Below are positions 36,830-48,509 of a stretch of 64,000 bases of DNA, piece by piece (position 1 is the first letter of the stretch; the number at the start of each line of letters is the position of its first letter). The position numbers and the translations under genes are program-made. This stretch comes from Lama guanicoe (Eukaryota), in the NCBI GenBank assembly GCA_013239625.1, contig MU056905.1, positions 21,003,552 to 21,067,551 on the forward strand, written 5' to 3'. A model generated the notes under the pieces. The model made no database searches. It saw only the letters and a list, made by a program, of their open reading frames with translations, and was not told where the DNA came from.

Positions 36830-39815
36830 ACCTAAATTGAACTTTTAGAGATGAAAATTACAATGTCTCAGGTGAAAAAAATAATACACTGATAGGACTA
36901 GTGCCAGATTAGACATTGACGACTATTGAACTTGAAGACATAACAACAGAACCTAACTAAAATGAAATGAAAGGGGAAAAAAAGACTAGAAAAATAGATA
37001 GAACATCACTAGGCTGTGAGACAAAATGTATGGTCCTGTATATGCATAAATAGAGTCCCAAAACTGTAGAGGTTTGGTGGGGTATGTATCTAGAAAAAAT
37101 ATTAAGGAAATAATGGCCAAATTTTTTCCAAATTTAAAGAAAACTGTAAACTCAAAGTTCTAAGAATCTCAACAAGTCCCAAATAAAGAAACATGACAAG
37201 ATTTATACTAAAGCACATCATTATCAAATTGCTTAAAACCAGTTATGAAAGAAAATCTTAAAATCAAACAGAAGGAAAAAAAACCACCTTACATACAGAG
37301 GAGCAAACATTAAGATTACATCAGAAAACTCATCAGAAAAGAACATACGTGAGAAGATAATGGAGCAACAGCCGTATAGTATGAAAGGGAACCAAAGAAA
37401 CAAAAACCCCTGCCAACCTAGAATTCTGAACTTGGTAAAAATCTCTTTCAAAAACAAATTTATCAATAGATCATGACCAAATAGAATTTGTCCCAGAAAT
37501 GCAAGGTTGGTTTAATATTTTAAAATCTTATCAATGTAATTAATGACATTAATAAACTAATACAGACAAAAATTTATGACAATCTCAATAAATACAAAAA
37601 AAATTAGTAAGATTTAACATTCATTTCTGATTAAAAAAGAAAAACCTTCAGAAAATTAGGACTAGAAGGAAGTTCCTAAACTTGATAAATGGCATCTGTT
37701 AAACACTTATGGCTAATGCCATACTTAATGGAGAAAAACTAGATGCTTTGCTGCTAACATCAGAAAAAAGAACATTCTATTCAACGTGGTACTAGAGTTT
37801 CTAGCAAGTGCAATAAGGCAAGAAAAAAGGTATTTAAAATGGAAAGGATAAGGTAAAACTGCTGTTATTTGTCATTGACACCATCATCAGTGTGGAAAAT
37901 CAAGTGGTATCTATAACAAAGCAACCAGAACTAATAGGTCACAGAATATAAAATCAAAATACAAGTCAGTTGTAGTTTTATATACTAGCAATGAACAACT
38001 GGAAATTGAAATTTTACAAAAACAATACCATTTACAATCACATCAAAAATATATCAGCAAAATGAAAATAGATTGAAAAAAAAACCGAGCAGAGCCTTTC
38101 AGAAAGAAAGGAAAAAAAGGGAACTGAAAGGGGATTTGAAGAAATAACCTCTGAAAATGTTCCCAAATTTAGGAAAAGACACAAATCTATAGAGCTAGGA
38201 AGCTGAGTGAAACCCAAAGAGAATAATCCCAAAGAAATCCATAGCAAGACACAACATAATTAAATTTTTTGAAAACTAAACACAGATAAAATCCTGAAAA
38301 TATCCATTACCTGTAGGGAAATATCAATGTGAATGACAATGAATTTATCATCTGAAACCATGGAGGTCAGAAGGAAGTGACACATTTTTGAAATGCTGAA
38401 AGGAAAAAACTGTCAACCTGGATTCTGAATTCTAGAATAGCTAAAATAATCTTGACAAAGAAGAATAAAGTGGGAAGAACTACTACACCCAATGTTAAGG
38501 CCTACTCTGTACACATTACTAATCAAGATACTGTGTACTGATGGAGCAATCAGTATATACAGTAATGGAACAAAAGAGAAAACCCCAAAACAGTTATAAA
38601 TATGCCCAACTGATTTTTGACAAAGGTGTAAAAACAACACAATGGAGGAAAGATTGCCTTTTGAACAAATAGTGCTAGAGCTATTGGAAATTCATAGTCA
38701 TAAAATGGACCTCAACCTGAACCTCATACTTTATACAAAACTTAACTCAAAATAGATCATAAATGTAAGCATAAAGTATAAAACTATAAAACTTTTAGAA
38801 ATAAAAATGAGAAAATCTTTTCAATCTGGGACTCGGCAAATAATTCTTAGACTTGGCACCAAAAGCATCATCAAAAAAATGAAAAGTTAATAAATCAAAC
38901 TGCAACAAAATTAGAAATTTAGAAATTTCTGCTTTATGAAAGCCCATGTGAAAAGGATGAAAAGATAAGCTACAGCCCGGGAGAAAATATTTGTAAACCA
39001 CAAATCTAACAAAAGACAGCTGTCTAGAATATATTAAAAAAACTTTCAAAATTCACCAATAAATAAATAATCATCGGGGAAATGCATATTATAACCATAA
39101 TGAGATACCACTATATACCTGTAAGAATAGCTAAAATTAAAAATATTTACAACAAGAAATGATGGTAGGGATGTAGGGAAACAGGATAACTCATACATTG
39201 CTGGTGGGAATATAAGATGGTACTGCCACTCAGGAAAGAATTTTTCAGTTGCCAGTAAAAGTAATTATTCAGTTACCATACGATCCAACAATTGTACTCT
39301 TAGGCATTTATCCTGGAGAAATGAAAACCTACTTCCATGCAGAAATCTGCAAATGTTTATAGCAGCTTCATTTGTAATAGCCAAGAACTAAAGTAAGCCT
39401 AAATGTCCTTCAATAGATGAATGGTCAAACAAAGTGTGGTATATACACACTATGGAATATATTTCCCTGATGGCTATTTATTTATTACTGGTGAATTTTA
39501 AAAGTTTTTTATATGTTTTAGATAGCTGTCTTTTGTTGGATATATGGTTTGCAAATATTATTCTAGGAAAATGCAAACTAGTCTACACTGACAAAGAGCA
39601 GGTCAGTTGTTACCTGGGGATGGAAGAAAGAGTGAAAGGAAGGAAGGAGGAATTACAAAAAGTCACCAGAAGACTTTTCCCGTGATGGATACATTCATTA
39701 TCTTAATTGTGATGATGGTTCACAGCTGCATATGATATGTCAAGCTTATCACATGATACATACTAAATACATGTAATTTATAGTATGTCAACTATTCTTC
39801 AAGAAAGCTATTTTA
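36830..39815 (+). mobile_element. Old L1M mosaic (ORF1 part, ORF2 part, second ORF1 part, ORF2 end, 3' UTR)
   Basis: CCAGAAATGCAAGGTTGGTTTAATAT; CAACTGATTTTTGACAAAGGTG; CATTGCTGGTGGGAAT; AAATGTCCTTCAATAGATGAATGG; GTCAACTATTCTTCAAGAAAGCT. Confidence 0.85.
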
Positions 39816-40014
39816 AATGGATGGTTTAGGAAAAGGGAAGTGGGAAATGGATGACTTTATTTCCATTAGCCTAATAACTGAGGCTCAAAGAGGTTGTTTC
39901 CCCAAAGTCCTATAGCTACTAGTAAAAATTAAATCCAGGATTTCAGATCAAGTCTGTCTTATTCCAAAACCTGTATTATTTCCATTACACCTTACTACAT
40001 GGCAAGATGAATGT

Positions 40015-40990
40015 GTGCGCTATTACCATAAAAGTGGTGTGTGGTGAACCATCCCCAAACTAAACATACATTCTTGCTCACTCATCTGTAGGTCAGCTGG
40101 AGATCTGCTGATCTAGGTTAGGTTCAGTTGGGTTTGGTTCCTAAGTCCAGGTTCTGTTCAGGTGTGTTCTAGAGACTGTCAGTATCCTGGAACCAGTAGG
40201 CAACCTGGAGCATGTTATTCTCTTGGCAATGGCAGAGGTGCAAATGGGCAAAGCCCAACAGCTTTAACACAATTCAGGTCTCTGCTTCCAGCACATCTGC
40301 AGATAACCCATTAGCTGAAGCAAGTTACCTGGCTGATCCCAAACTCAAGGGAAGCATACTCAGCCTCTTGTGGGAGGAACTGCGAAATCACATGGCAACA
40401 ATAGTAAAAACAGAAAGGAGTGGGGAAATAATAGTCTCCCAACAACAGACCAATAAAAGCAAGAGAAAATGAATACCATTTCAGAATGGATAAAATCTGC
40501 AAAGCTGGAGAAGATAAAGGAATACCACTTCTGTGAGACAGGCTCAGGTAATCTCAGGTGACAGGAGGTTACACATGGAAAGATGAAAGCTCACGAAGCA
40601 GTGCCAGCAGCCACACAGCCAACCCTGGACAAAATGACCATTTCGTTGGCCCTGCCAGCATCCACACCCCCTTATTTTAGTTGAAGAAGTCTCATTTCTG
40701 TCAAGCAATATTTCCTACAATTCTCTAACCATAGGCAGATGAGGCATTCAGACTCAGTGACTTTAACTCTTGGGTGGAGTGAAGTTGGAGTTGAACTTGA
40801 CCTAAAGCAGAGGCAGAACTCAGGAGGGTCTTGCTTCTTGGATTCCCAGAGACGTGTGCCTTCTGCTCTTCACCAAGCCCATTCAGCGACTCTTTGGTTC
40901 TGAAAGCCTTCCCACATCTTTCCCATGCACTTCTTTTTCCCTCAAGTTACCAAAATTCGTTTTTATTGCATACCATCTAAGAGTAAAATA
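40015..40990. mobile_element. Two MLT1-type LTR relics (minus 40015-40440; plus 40470-40990)
   Basis: CATCTGCAGATAACCCATTAGCTGAAGCAAGTTAC; AAAATTCGTTTTTATTGCA. Confidence 0.6.
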
Positions 40991-41529
40991 ATAGACTCTA
41001 GATTACTCTTTGGGATGTTTTGAAAAATTTCTGATGACTCAACAGCCGCATGACTAACTGTCCTCTTTTTTAATCCCAATCACAATTCCGTACTCAGGAC
41101 TCACTCCTTTTCTGCCTACTTCAACTCCACTTCTTTCTGGACAGGACTTCCCTCTGCCTTTTAGTTTCTGCTTCCTACCAACTTCTGTTTACTGCTTTCC
41201 CTCGGCTGATACCACTTCATTGTCCATATTTCTGTTTGGGCGTCTGCAGTCCAACCTCCTCAGGAGAGAAGAGTTCTCTGGGTGCTGTGGTGACCATAAG
41301 GCATAGCGCTCCCTTGCTGGTCAGAAATCAATGCTAATTCTCAGACTGCCTGCAGATAGTTCCTTTTGGGGCAGCACCATTCCTGGTCTAAAGAGCTGTG
41401 GTCAAATTTATGTAGATAGAAAGCGTCAAGATTTATGCGTAAAGTGACTCCCCTCAGAGAGGACTGTTGGTATAGCAGGCTCCCTGAACACTGCACAGGT
41501 ACCAGCCTTTGTCTGATTAAGAAAGAAAT

Positions 41530-41710
41530 GGGAGGGGATATGTCAGTTGTGGAGTGCTTGCTTAGCATGCATGAGGTCCTGGGTTCAATCCCTAGTACCT
41601 CCACTACATACATACATACATACATACATACATACATACATACATGCATACATACATACACCTAATGAGCTGCTCCCCTAAAAAAAACCAAAAAACAATT
41701 TTAAAAAAAG
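41530..41710 (+). mobile_element. Camelid tRNA-derived SINE with internal (TACA)n
   Basis: GAGTGCTTGCTTAGCATGCATGAGGTCCTGGGTTCAATCCCTAGTACCTCC, same family as the 12387 copy; A-rich tail. Confidence 0.88.
41605..41660 (+). repeat. (TACA)14 tetranucleotide microsatellite, one impure unit
   Basis: Read directly. Confidence 0.95.
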
Positions 41711-41744
41711 ATGAGGGTGAGATGGAGAAGAAATGGGAATGGAA

Positions 41745-42270
41745 GCTAAAAGGCTAAGTTTACAAATGAGGGATCCCCAGGTGTATCAGCAGAGGGAGCC
41801 AGGCAAATGTCTTCAAGGCTGATTAGAGCATCCTGGAGAATCTGTTGATAGACATTTTGTCTTGCCATAAGTTGCTCAGACTGAAACAGGGATAGGGAAG
41901 CCAACCACGTGGGAACTTGGAACAACCCCAGAGTGATGGGGACTGGGCAGGTCACTGAGTGTGCAAACAAGGAAGACCTAATGAGGGACTTGTCAGAGAC
42001 CTTGAAACTTCGCAAAGCCTAAGAGGGGCTGACGGCCCTTCCCCTCCCCCAGGACTATAGCCTTCGGGAACTTTGTGGCAGGAGCTTTTGTCCTCCTATG
42101 CGGCAGATCTCCAGCCAAGAGAGTAGCTCTGCCTTTAGGGCTGACTACAGTTGGTGGTCAAACCTGGGTGATATTTAGTTAGAAAAAACCCAGAGAAGTT
42201 GCTCTGGCTTCAGAGAGCCCATGATTCCATCAAACCCAAAATAAAATTCTATTTTAATAACTGGCATTAG
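41745..42270 (+). mobile_element. Unassigned old LTR-like segment
   Basis: GC-richer block ending in AATAAAATTCTATTTTAATAACTGGC, LTR-like architecture. Confidence 0.35.
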
Positions 42271-42309
42271 TTAGAACCTTTCACTTAAGATAAAGCTGTT
42301 TAATACCTA

Positions 42310-42900
42310 ACTATAGATCATCTCTGAGAGCTTACTATGGCCAGAGGCTGAACTAAGTGTGTTATAAATATAATCTTATTTAATCTTTGCAATAAACCTT
42401 AGAAGTAGAGGATATTAGCTCCTTTTTTACAGGTAAAGAAATTAGGGCTTAGAAAGCCTATATGACATGTTCAACAGCACAGAGTAAAGAGTCCAACTTA
42501 AGTCTATTTAAATCAAAACCCCAGCCCTTACCACCACATTCTACTTCATCTTTCTAGATAATAATAAAAAAAAGCCATAAAATGACATCATTAACTCCCT
42601 TTTTTAAAAAGGGGAGATTTTAGCAAAATTAAGAGCTCATGAGAATTACTCCAGGTCTTACCACTTAGTAGAAAATGGACCAGGGCTAGAATTCTGATCT
42701 TCTGACACAAAGCAGATGAACCAGGTACAGTAGAAAGATCATGTCTTTGAAATCAGGCAGACTTGCATTCAAATGCCTCTTGCAGAATGTATTTACTGTG
42801 TGATTTAGGCAAATTTCTCAACACCTCTGAGCTATATAACATGGAATTTTTATACCTACACAAGAGGGGAGCTGTAAGAATTCAGTGAGCCAACTTACAT
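42310..42900. mobile_element. Cluster of three MIR fragments
   Basis: TTTTACAGGTAAAGAAATTAGGGCTTAG; TGTGTGATTTAGGCAAATT...CTCTGAG. Confidence 0.65.
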
Positions 42901-43103
42901 ACCATCAATTTTAACTTCCTTATTCCTCTCCAAAGCCTCTGTTTTTTGCACAAATTTAGATAAAATAGCAGAAGTTTGAACCAACAAATATATATATTAA
43001 GGGAAAAGGTCCAACTTACCAATGGATAGTGTTCCAAAGACTCCTTTAGCAGGTATTCTTTGGAACCCTGAATGAATTTTTTGATACAAGTAATTTTAGA
43101 GTA

Positions 43104-43566
43104 TATTCTGTAGGTTGACTTGTGTCTCCCACTAGATTGAAATTCTAACCCCCTGGAACCTGTGAACGTGACATTATTTGGAAATCAAGTCTTTGATGAT
43201 ATAATCAAGTTGAGGTCATACTGGATTAGAGTGGACCCTAATCCAATGACTGATGTTTTTATAAGATAAGGGAAATTTGGATATAGACACACCAAGGAGG
43301 GAACACTGTGTAATGGCAGATACAGACATTGGAGTAATGCATCTANNNNNNNNNNNNNNNNNNNNNNNNNNNNNNNNNNNNNNNNNNNNNNNNNNNNNNN
43401 NNNNNNNNNNNNNNNNNNNNNNNNNNNNNNNNNNNNNNNNNNNNNNNNNNNNNNNNNNNNNNNNNNNNNNNNNNNNNNNNNNNNNNNNNNNNNNNNNNNN
43501 NNNNNNNNTTTTAAGCCCCCTTGTATATGTGGTACTTTGTTACAGAAATCCTAGAAAACTAATACA
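43104..43566 (+). mobile_element. MLT1B/C/D-type MaLR solo LTR with N block 43346-43508 inside
   Basis: GTGAACGTGACATTATTTGGAAAT...GAGGTCATACTGGATTAGAGTGGACCCTAATCCAATGACT...GGTACTTTGTTACAG...AAACTAATACA. Confidence 0.85.
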
Positions 43567-43589
43567 GTGTTTTAAGTAGAGAGTCAAAT

Positions 43590-45070
43590 TTTTCTGCTTA
43601 AAAAATAAAACCAGCATGAAGTTTGGTGGGTTAAAACAAAGGCTGTTAATGTAGCTAATGATTATATGGATCAGCAGTTTGAACTGGGCTCAGCTGAGCA
43701 GTTCTTCTGGTCCTGGCTGGACTCATTCACATATCTGTGGTCAACTGCTAAGTCATCCAGGGAGTAGCTGATCTCTAGAGGACACAGCTGGAATAGCTGT
43801 TCTCCACATCACTGGGTCTCTTATCCTCCAGCAGGCTTACCTAGTTACTTCTGATGGCAGAAGGACAGAGTTCCAGAGGCACACAGGGCAGAAACACACA
43901 AAGCCTTTTGAGATCTAGATTTGGAATTGGCAAGGCATTTTTGCTGTATTCTGTTGCCACACAAGTCACAAGGCCAGTACAGATTCAAACAGGGGAAATA
44001 AACTCCATCTTTTGATGGGAAGATCTATTAGCCAAATCATGTGGCCAAGGGGCTTAGACACAGGAAGGGGAATAATGGTGGCCCTTTTACCAAGAATCCA
44101 CCTCAAGAGGCTCAAAAAGTCACTTTCCCCACCCAAGAGGTGTCTCCAGTGGGCTCTGTCCAGCCTCTCTTCCCACCACAAACTTCAGGACAAAGTGAGT
44201 GCATCCCCTTTAAAATGCCATTCATCCCTGTAGTCCTGTTTCTGCTGAGCACCTCACAGCCTGAGCCCTGTTTCTTCCGCCTCTCCTCTCCTCTTCACAG
44301 TTATTTCTCACTAGCCTTCCCTTCTACATTCTAAACAGAAAGATCCCCACTTCTCTCACAAATTGTGTCTTCTCCTGCATTAGCAAGTATTTGGCCAATA
44401 GGTGTATGTTTCATTAATGACCAAACGAGGCTTTTGAGTTACGTATAGTGGCTAACAACAGCTGTTCATTTCTGTGTGATTTTCTCAACCAGCCAGTCTT
44501 TTGGTTCTTGAGTTCTTCCCTCTTTGATTTTCTAATTCACATGATTATGTGAGAGCCAAATGAGACCACAGATACGAAAATGCCTGGTAAACTGTAAATG
44601 ACTCTAGATATGTAATATACCATTGTTCCTGTTGTGGTACCACATAATGACTCTTTTCACATAAGCAGCAAGACTGCTATTGTCTGCCAACATCTGTTCT
44701 CACCTTCTCTTTCATAATAGTAGAATGACTGGTTTCTTAGCTGGATGCATAGCTGTTAAAAATAATAACATTTCCCAGACCCCTTTGTAAATAGATATGG
44801 CCATGTGACTAAATTTTGTGTGTCAGCAGATTGAGTGTAACTTCTGGGTGCCTCCTCTTCACTCTTGCCAGAATGTGGATATGGCCATGCACCACTTTGG
44901 ACCAGATGAATCAGGACAACACCTTATGAGAAGTGGATCTTCAGTACCATCCCTAAACTTACTACACTTGGACAGTTACGTGAGTGAATTCATGTTCTAA
45001 ACTTTCTTTAGCCACTATTATTTTGGGTCTGTGTTCTACGTCCTAACATCCTATATCTTAATTAATGCAA
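43590..45070. mobile_element. MLT1 LTRs (minus 43590-44100; plus 44660-45070) with a MIR fragment between
   Basis: GGGCTCAGCTGAGCAGTTCTTCTG, CAAGTCACAAGGCCAG; CATTTCCCAGACCCCTTTG...GGCCATGTGACT. Confidence 0.7.
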
Positions 45071-45139
45071 TATGTGTGTGCCAAGAAGGTGTCATGGTTA
45101 CTGTGATTTTCAATTCCTTACTCTAAGATGCTGGACAAC

Positions 45140-45350
45140 TGCTTAACTCAGTTAGTCAGGTCACAGTGCTCAGATGAGGAGTACCATCCCTGCCCAGGCG
45201 AGATAATTCCACACTTATTTCCAACCACCTGTAGCAAACTTCTCTGTGCTACAAATGAGAACTTGGATAGATCTAGGTAAGTACATCCCTACTCTGGCAG
45301 GTAAGAACATGCCACCTACAAACAATAGTACTGCATGAAAGACACTGCTG
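45140..45350 (+). mobile_element. Possible second, more degraded MamSINE1-like element
   Basis: tRNA-like start (GCTTAACTCAGTTAG) and a tail (TGGATAGATC...ACATCCCTACT...CATGAAAGACAC) loosely resembling MamSINE1. Confidence 0.35.
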
Positions 45351-46079
45351 AGAAGTGGAACTTGACCCTACAGCCTGGTGTAAGTTGGTTAGGGTCTTTT
45401 GGAGGCCAGTTTGGCAGTACATGTTCAAGTTAAAAATGCTAATGCCCTGTCACCCAGCAATTTCACTTTTCAATATCCATCCTAGAGACAGACTCATCAA
45501 TGTATGACAAGGTGGTGTGTGAAAGGGAGCATTTGCATGGGTAGTCGGGCATCATTGGCAAACAATGGCTGTCTTTAGGATGTAGATGCCTTCTTTGAAA
45601 CTTTGTGCAGCTATTTTTTAATGAAAGAATTCATTTATACTGACCTGTTATATATATATTATAATTAGCACATCAAGTAAGAGATTTCAGAGGTATTATT
45701 GATTAGGTCTATGACAACGTAAAAATTTAAATGAAAGACATGAGTCAATTTTACATGGCTATGGCAGATGTAATGAAGTCATATTTGAATGAGTTGTGTT
45801 TGAGATGAACTGACTTTCAGCATCACACAAAGGCTTTATTGCTCTGTACTAGACTCAGTGTCTGTCTGAAGAATTGTTTTGACATCTGTCTTCTCTATAA
45901 GCTGGGAACTCCCAAAGGCGTGGGCTGTCTTGCTCTCCTTTGCCTGGCCATAGAAGATTCTTAATGAGCTATTGCCTGTGGACTGAGTGATAGTTGTTCT
46001 GACATTGTGAATTGTAAGATGGCTTTCCTCATAACAAACAGCCCTGGGAAGGTTGTGGTGGAGTTGACCTGCTTGCTCT

Positions 46080-46240
46080 AGATCCATGGTTCTTGACCTT
46101 GACACCTGGGGGGCTTTGTAAACTCTTGATGCCCAGCCTGCACCCCAGACCAATTAAATCAGCATGTCTGGAAGTGAGACCCAGGCCTCTATGTTTTTCT
46201 AGTTCCCAGGGTACTTTCAACATGCAGCTTCAGTTGAAAA
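46080..46240. mobile_element. MER5A-like hAT-Charlie element
   Basis: GATGCCCAGCCTGCACCCCAGACCAATTAAATCAG...GAGACCCAGGC...TCCCAGG...CATGCAGC. Confidence 0.75.
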
Positions 46241-46354
46241 CTTTGGAGCTTGGTGATTAAAGCAGTCACCAACTAGCCAAGTAACTGAAAACCAGTCAGT
46301 CTCAAAGAAAATGACAGTATCAGTAGACTCTTGGACTGTTAGGGACTTCGTTTT

Positions 46355-46910
46355 AAAATGTTCTTTCTGCCAGAATGCTTGCCCATTGGTTATATGCTTG
46401 GCTGCCTCCCTCATCTCGTGAAGCTCACGGCCAGATTCCACTGTGTCACCAAGGCCCACCCTGACCACCATATTTCATATTTCAGTCTGCCCCAACCCCT
46501 ACCCCAGCATACTCCTGTCCCCCCTTATTCTGCCCCATTTTCCCTTTTCCATAGTACTCATTATCCTCTACAATTATAATTTACCTATTAATTATTTTTC
46601 TTGCTAATGATTGTCTCACGCCTCCTAGAATGTAAGTTTTTTGGGTACAGGGATCTTTGTCTTCTTTCTTCCCTAAATATCTCCAGAGCCTGGAAGAGTG
46701 CCAAGTACATGGTGAGCACTTAATATCTATCTGCTTTGTGAATAAAAATTAGAGCCTAAAAGGCCTACTAGATTGTTTGCTAAACCCAACCTTCTCATTG
46801 AACTGATGAGAAAATTGCAGCCCAGAGAGGAGATGAGATGCATCTGGGGGTCACAGAGCGAGGCAGTGGCTGAGCTGACGCCCAGCTCTGTCACCTTTCA
46901 CTCCAGTATG
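46355..46910. mobile_element. L2 3' end (plus) and MIR (minus)
   Basis: CTAGAATGTAAG...CAGGGATCTTTGTC...GAGCACTTAATAT; GATGAGAAAATTGCAGCCCAGAGAGG. Confidence 0.7.
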
Positions 46911-46999
46911 CAGGCTTGCCGTGCAGATGTGTGCACACAGACACTTCCAAAAAGCAAATCTTGAAGAGGAGCCTCTGTTTCCACCTAAAATTTTCAAAA

Positions 47000-48010
47000 A
47001 TCCACTTTTTGCTTCTGGAGGGCATTATCAGCATTAGGCCTGGATGAATATGATTTCCAAATTTGGGAACTCGCTGCCTGCTGTCTGTGTAATCGCTCCC
47101 AACCTGGAGACTGTATAGAGAGATCCATTTTTACCAGGCTTTTCTTTTCTTTTTGTAGCGATTTTTGTTTTGTGGGGTTTTTTCTTCCCTCTCTAATCTG
47201 GGCTAAAATAAAAAAGCCATGAGATCTGCGCTTTGGATTTTGTAAATGAGCTCGCTGCTCATGGCACTTTCCAGCAAGATAAGGCCCAAATGGCATTTGC
47301 AGAAATGCTTCACTATCTCTCGAGCAATCCGGCTCCTGCTTGGGCCCCTTGGTAACAGCTTGGCAAATCCGCAAAAGGAATGCGACTATATAGTTTGTGT
47401 GTGGACTGCGGAGTTATTATGGCTTCCAAATTGCCTAGCAGGTCATTAATCATAGGCCAAGATAGGCCATCGCAGCCACAGTGCGGTGAAAGCGCCCCGC
47501 ATAATGCGAGTGAAATCATGTTTAACATGCAGCTCTTGCCGGCGTAGATATGGAAGGGGGAGAGGGAAGGAAAAAANNNNNNNNNNNNNNNNNNNNNNNN
47601 NNNNNNNNNNNNNNNNNNNNNNNNNNNNNNNNNNNNNNNNNNNNNNNNNNNNNNNNNNNNNNNNNNNNNNNNNNNNNNNNNNNNNNNNNNNNNNNNNNNN
47701 NNNNNNNNNNNNNNNNNNNNNNNNNNNNNNNNNNNNNNNNNNNNNNNNNNNNNNNNNNNNNNNNNNNNNNNNNNNNNNNNNNNNNNNNNNNNNNNNNNNN
47801 NNNNNNNNNNNNNNNNNNNNNNNNNNNNNNNNNNNNNNNNNNNNGGCCCAGAGCCGACAGACCACTCAAGCGGGAGACGGCAAGGAAAGAGAAAATTGGT
47901 TGACTTGTAAATCAATTTCCACAGCCGACCCAAAACCCACACACACACTGAATTTGTATAATTATTTTTAATAGCCGAATGGATTGATAAAGAAGAGGGC
48001 TCTAAGAACA
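47000..48010. promoter_or_regulatory. Candidate conserved non-coding enhancer around N block 47577-47844
   Basis: Repeat-free, elevated CpG; RFX-like CCTTGGTAAC 47347 and TTGCCTAGCA 47431, homeodomain TCATTAATCA 47443, GTAAATCA/AAATCAAT 47907-47916. Confidence 0.65.
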
Positions 48011-48232
48011 AAATAAAAATTTATGAATTAGGGACAGAAAGAACAGAAGCCCAAACTTTGCTCCCAGTGGGCCAGAGCGGCACCATGGGCCTCGTCACTC
48101 CTTTTCTACCTGGTCTGCCTGAGGTTATTTGAAAAGTTGAAAATAAAATGCGGGAATACATTTCCATGTCACTGGAAAAGGCAACAAAAGAGAAGAGGGG
48201 TGTGGAGACTACCAGAAAAACAGAACTTAAGT

Positions 48233-48236
<4 letters not shown>

Positions 48237-48312
<76 letters not shown>
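48237..48312 (+). repeat. (CA)38 microsatellite
   Basis: Uninterrupted CA run. Confidence 0.97.
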
Positions 48313-48313
<1 letters not shown>

Positions 48314-48509
48314 CCCATTTGCATTGTGCTATGTGTGTGTACCTGCACTGCTGGTCCCAGGTCCTACCTGCCCCCAAATATAGAACTAGATAATCCTCTG
48401 TAACCTGTGGTTCTATGTAGCTAATTTTTTTCATGCTATGTCTATCACTTTTCTTAGATTTTAGATCTTTTTCCATCAAAACCAATCATCAGCAATATAA
48501 TGTTATTTA

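Noticed and set aside
10810-39815. Active L1 retrotransposons
   Set aside because: All L1 pieces are fragmented, with many stops and frameshifts
47476-47496. Possible REST/RE1 site (also half-sites at 57911-57923 and 61782-61790)
   Set aside because: Only one half of TTCAGCACCnnGGACAGCGCC matches in each case. I recall a distal RE1 reported 3' of mouse Ascl1 but found no full site by eye; it could be in a masked block or outside the window
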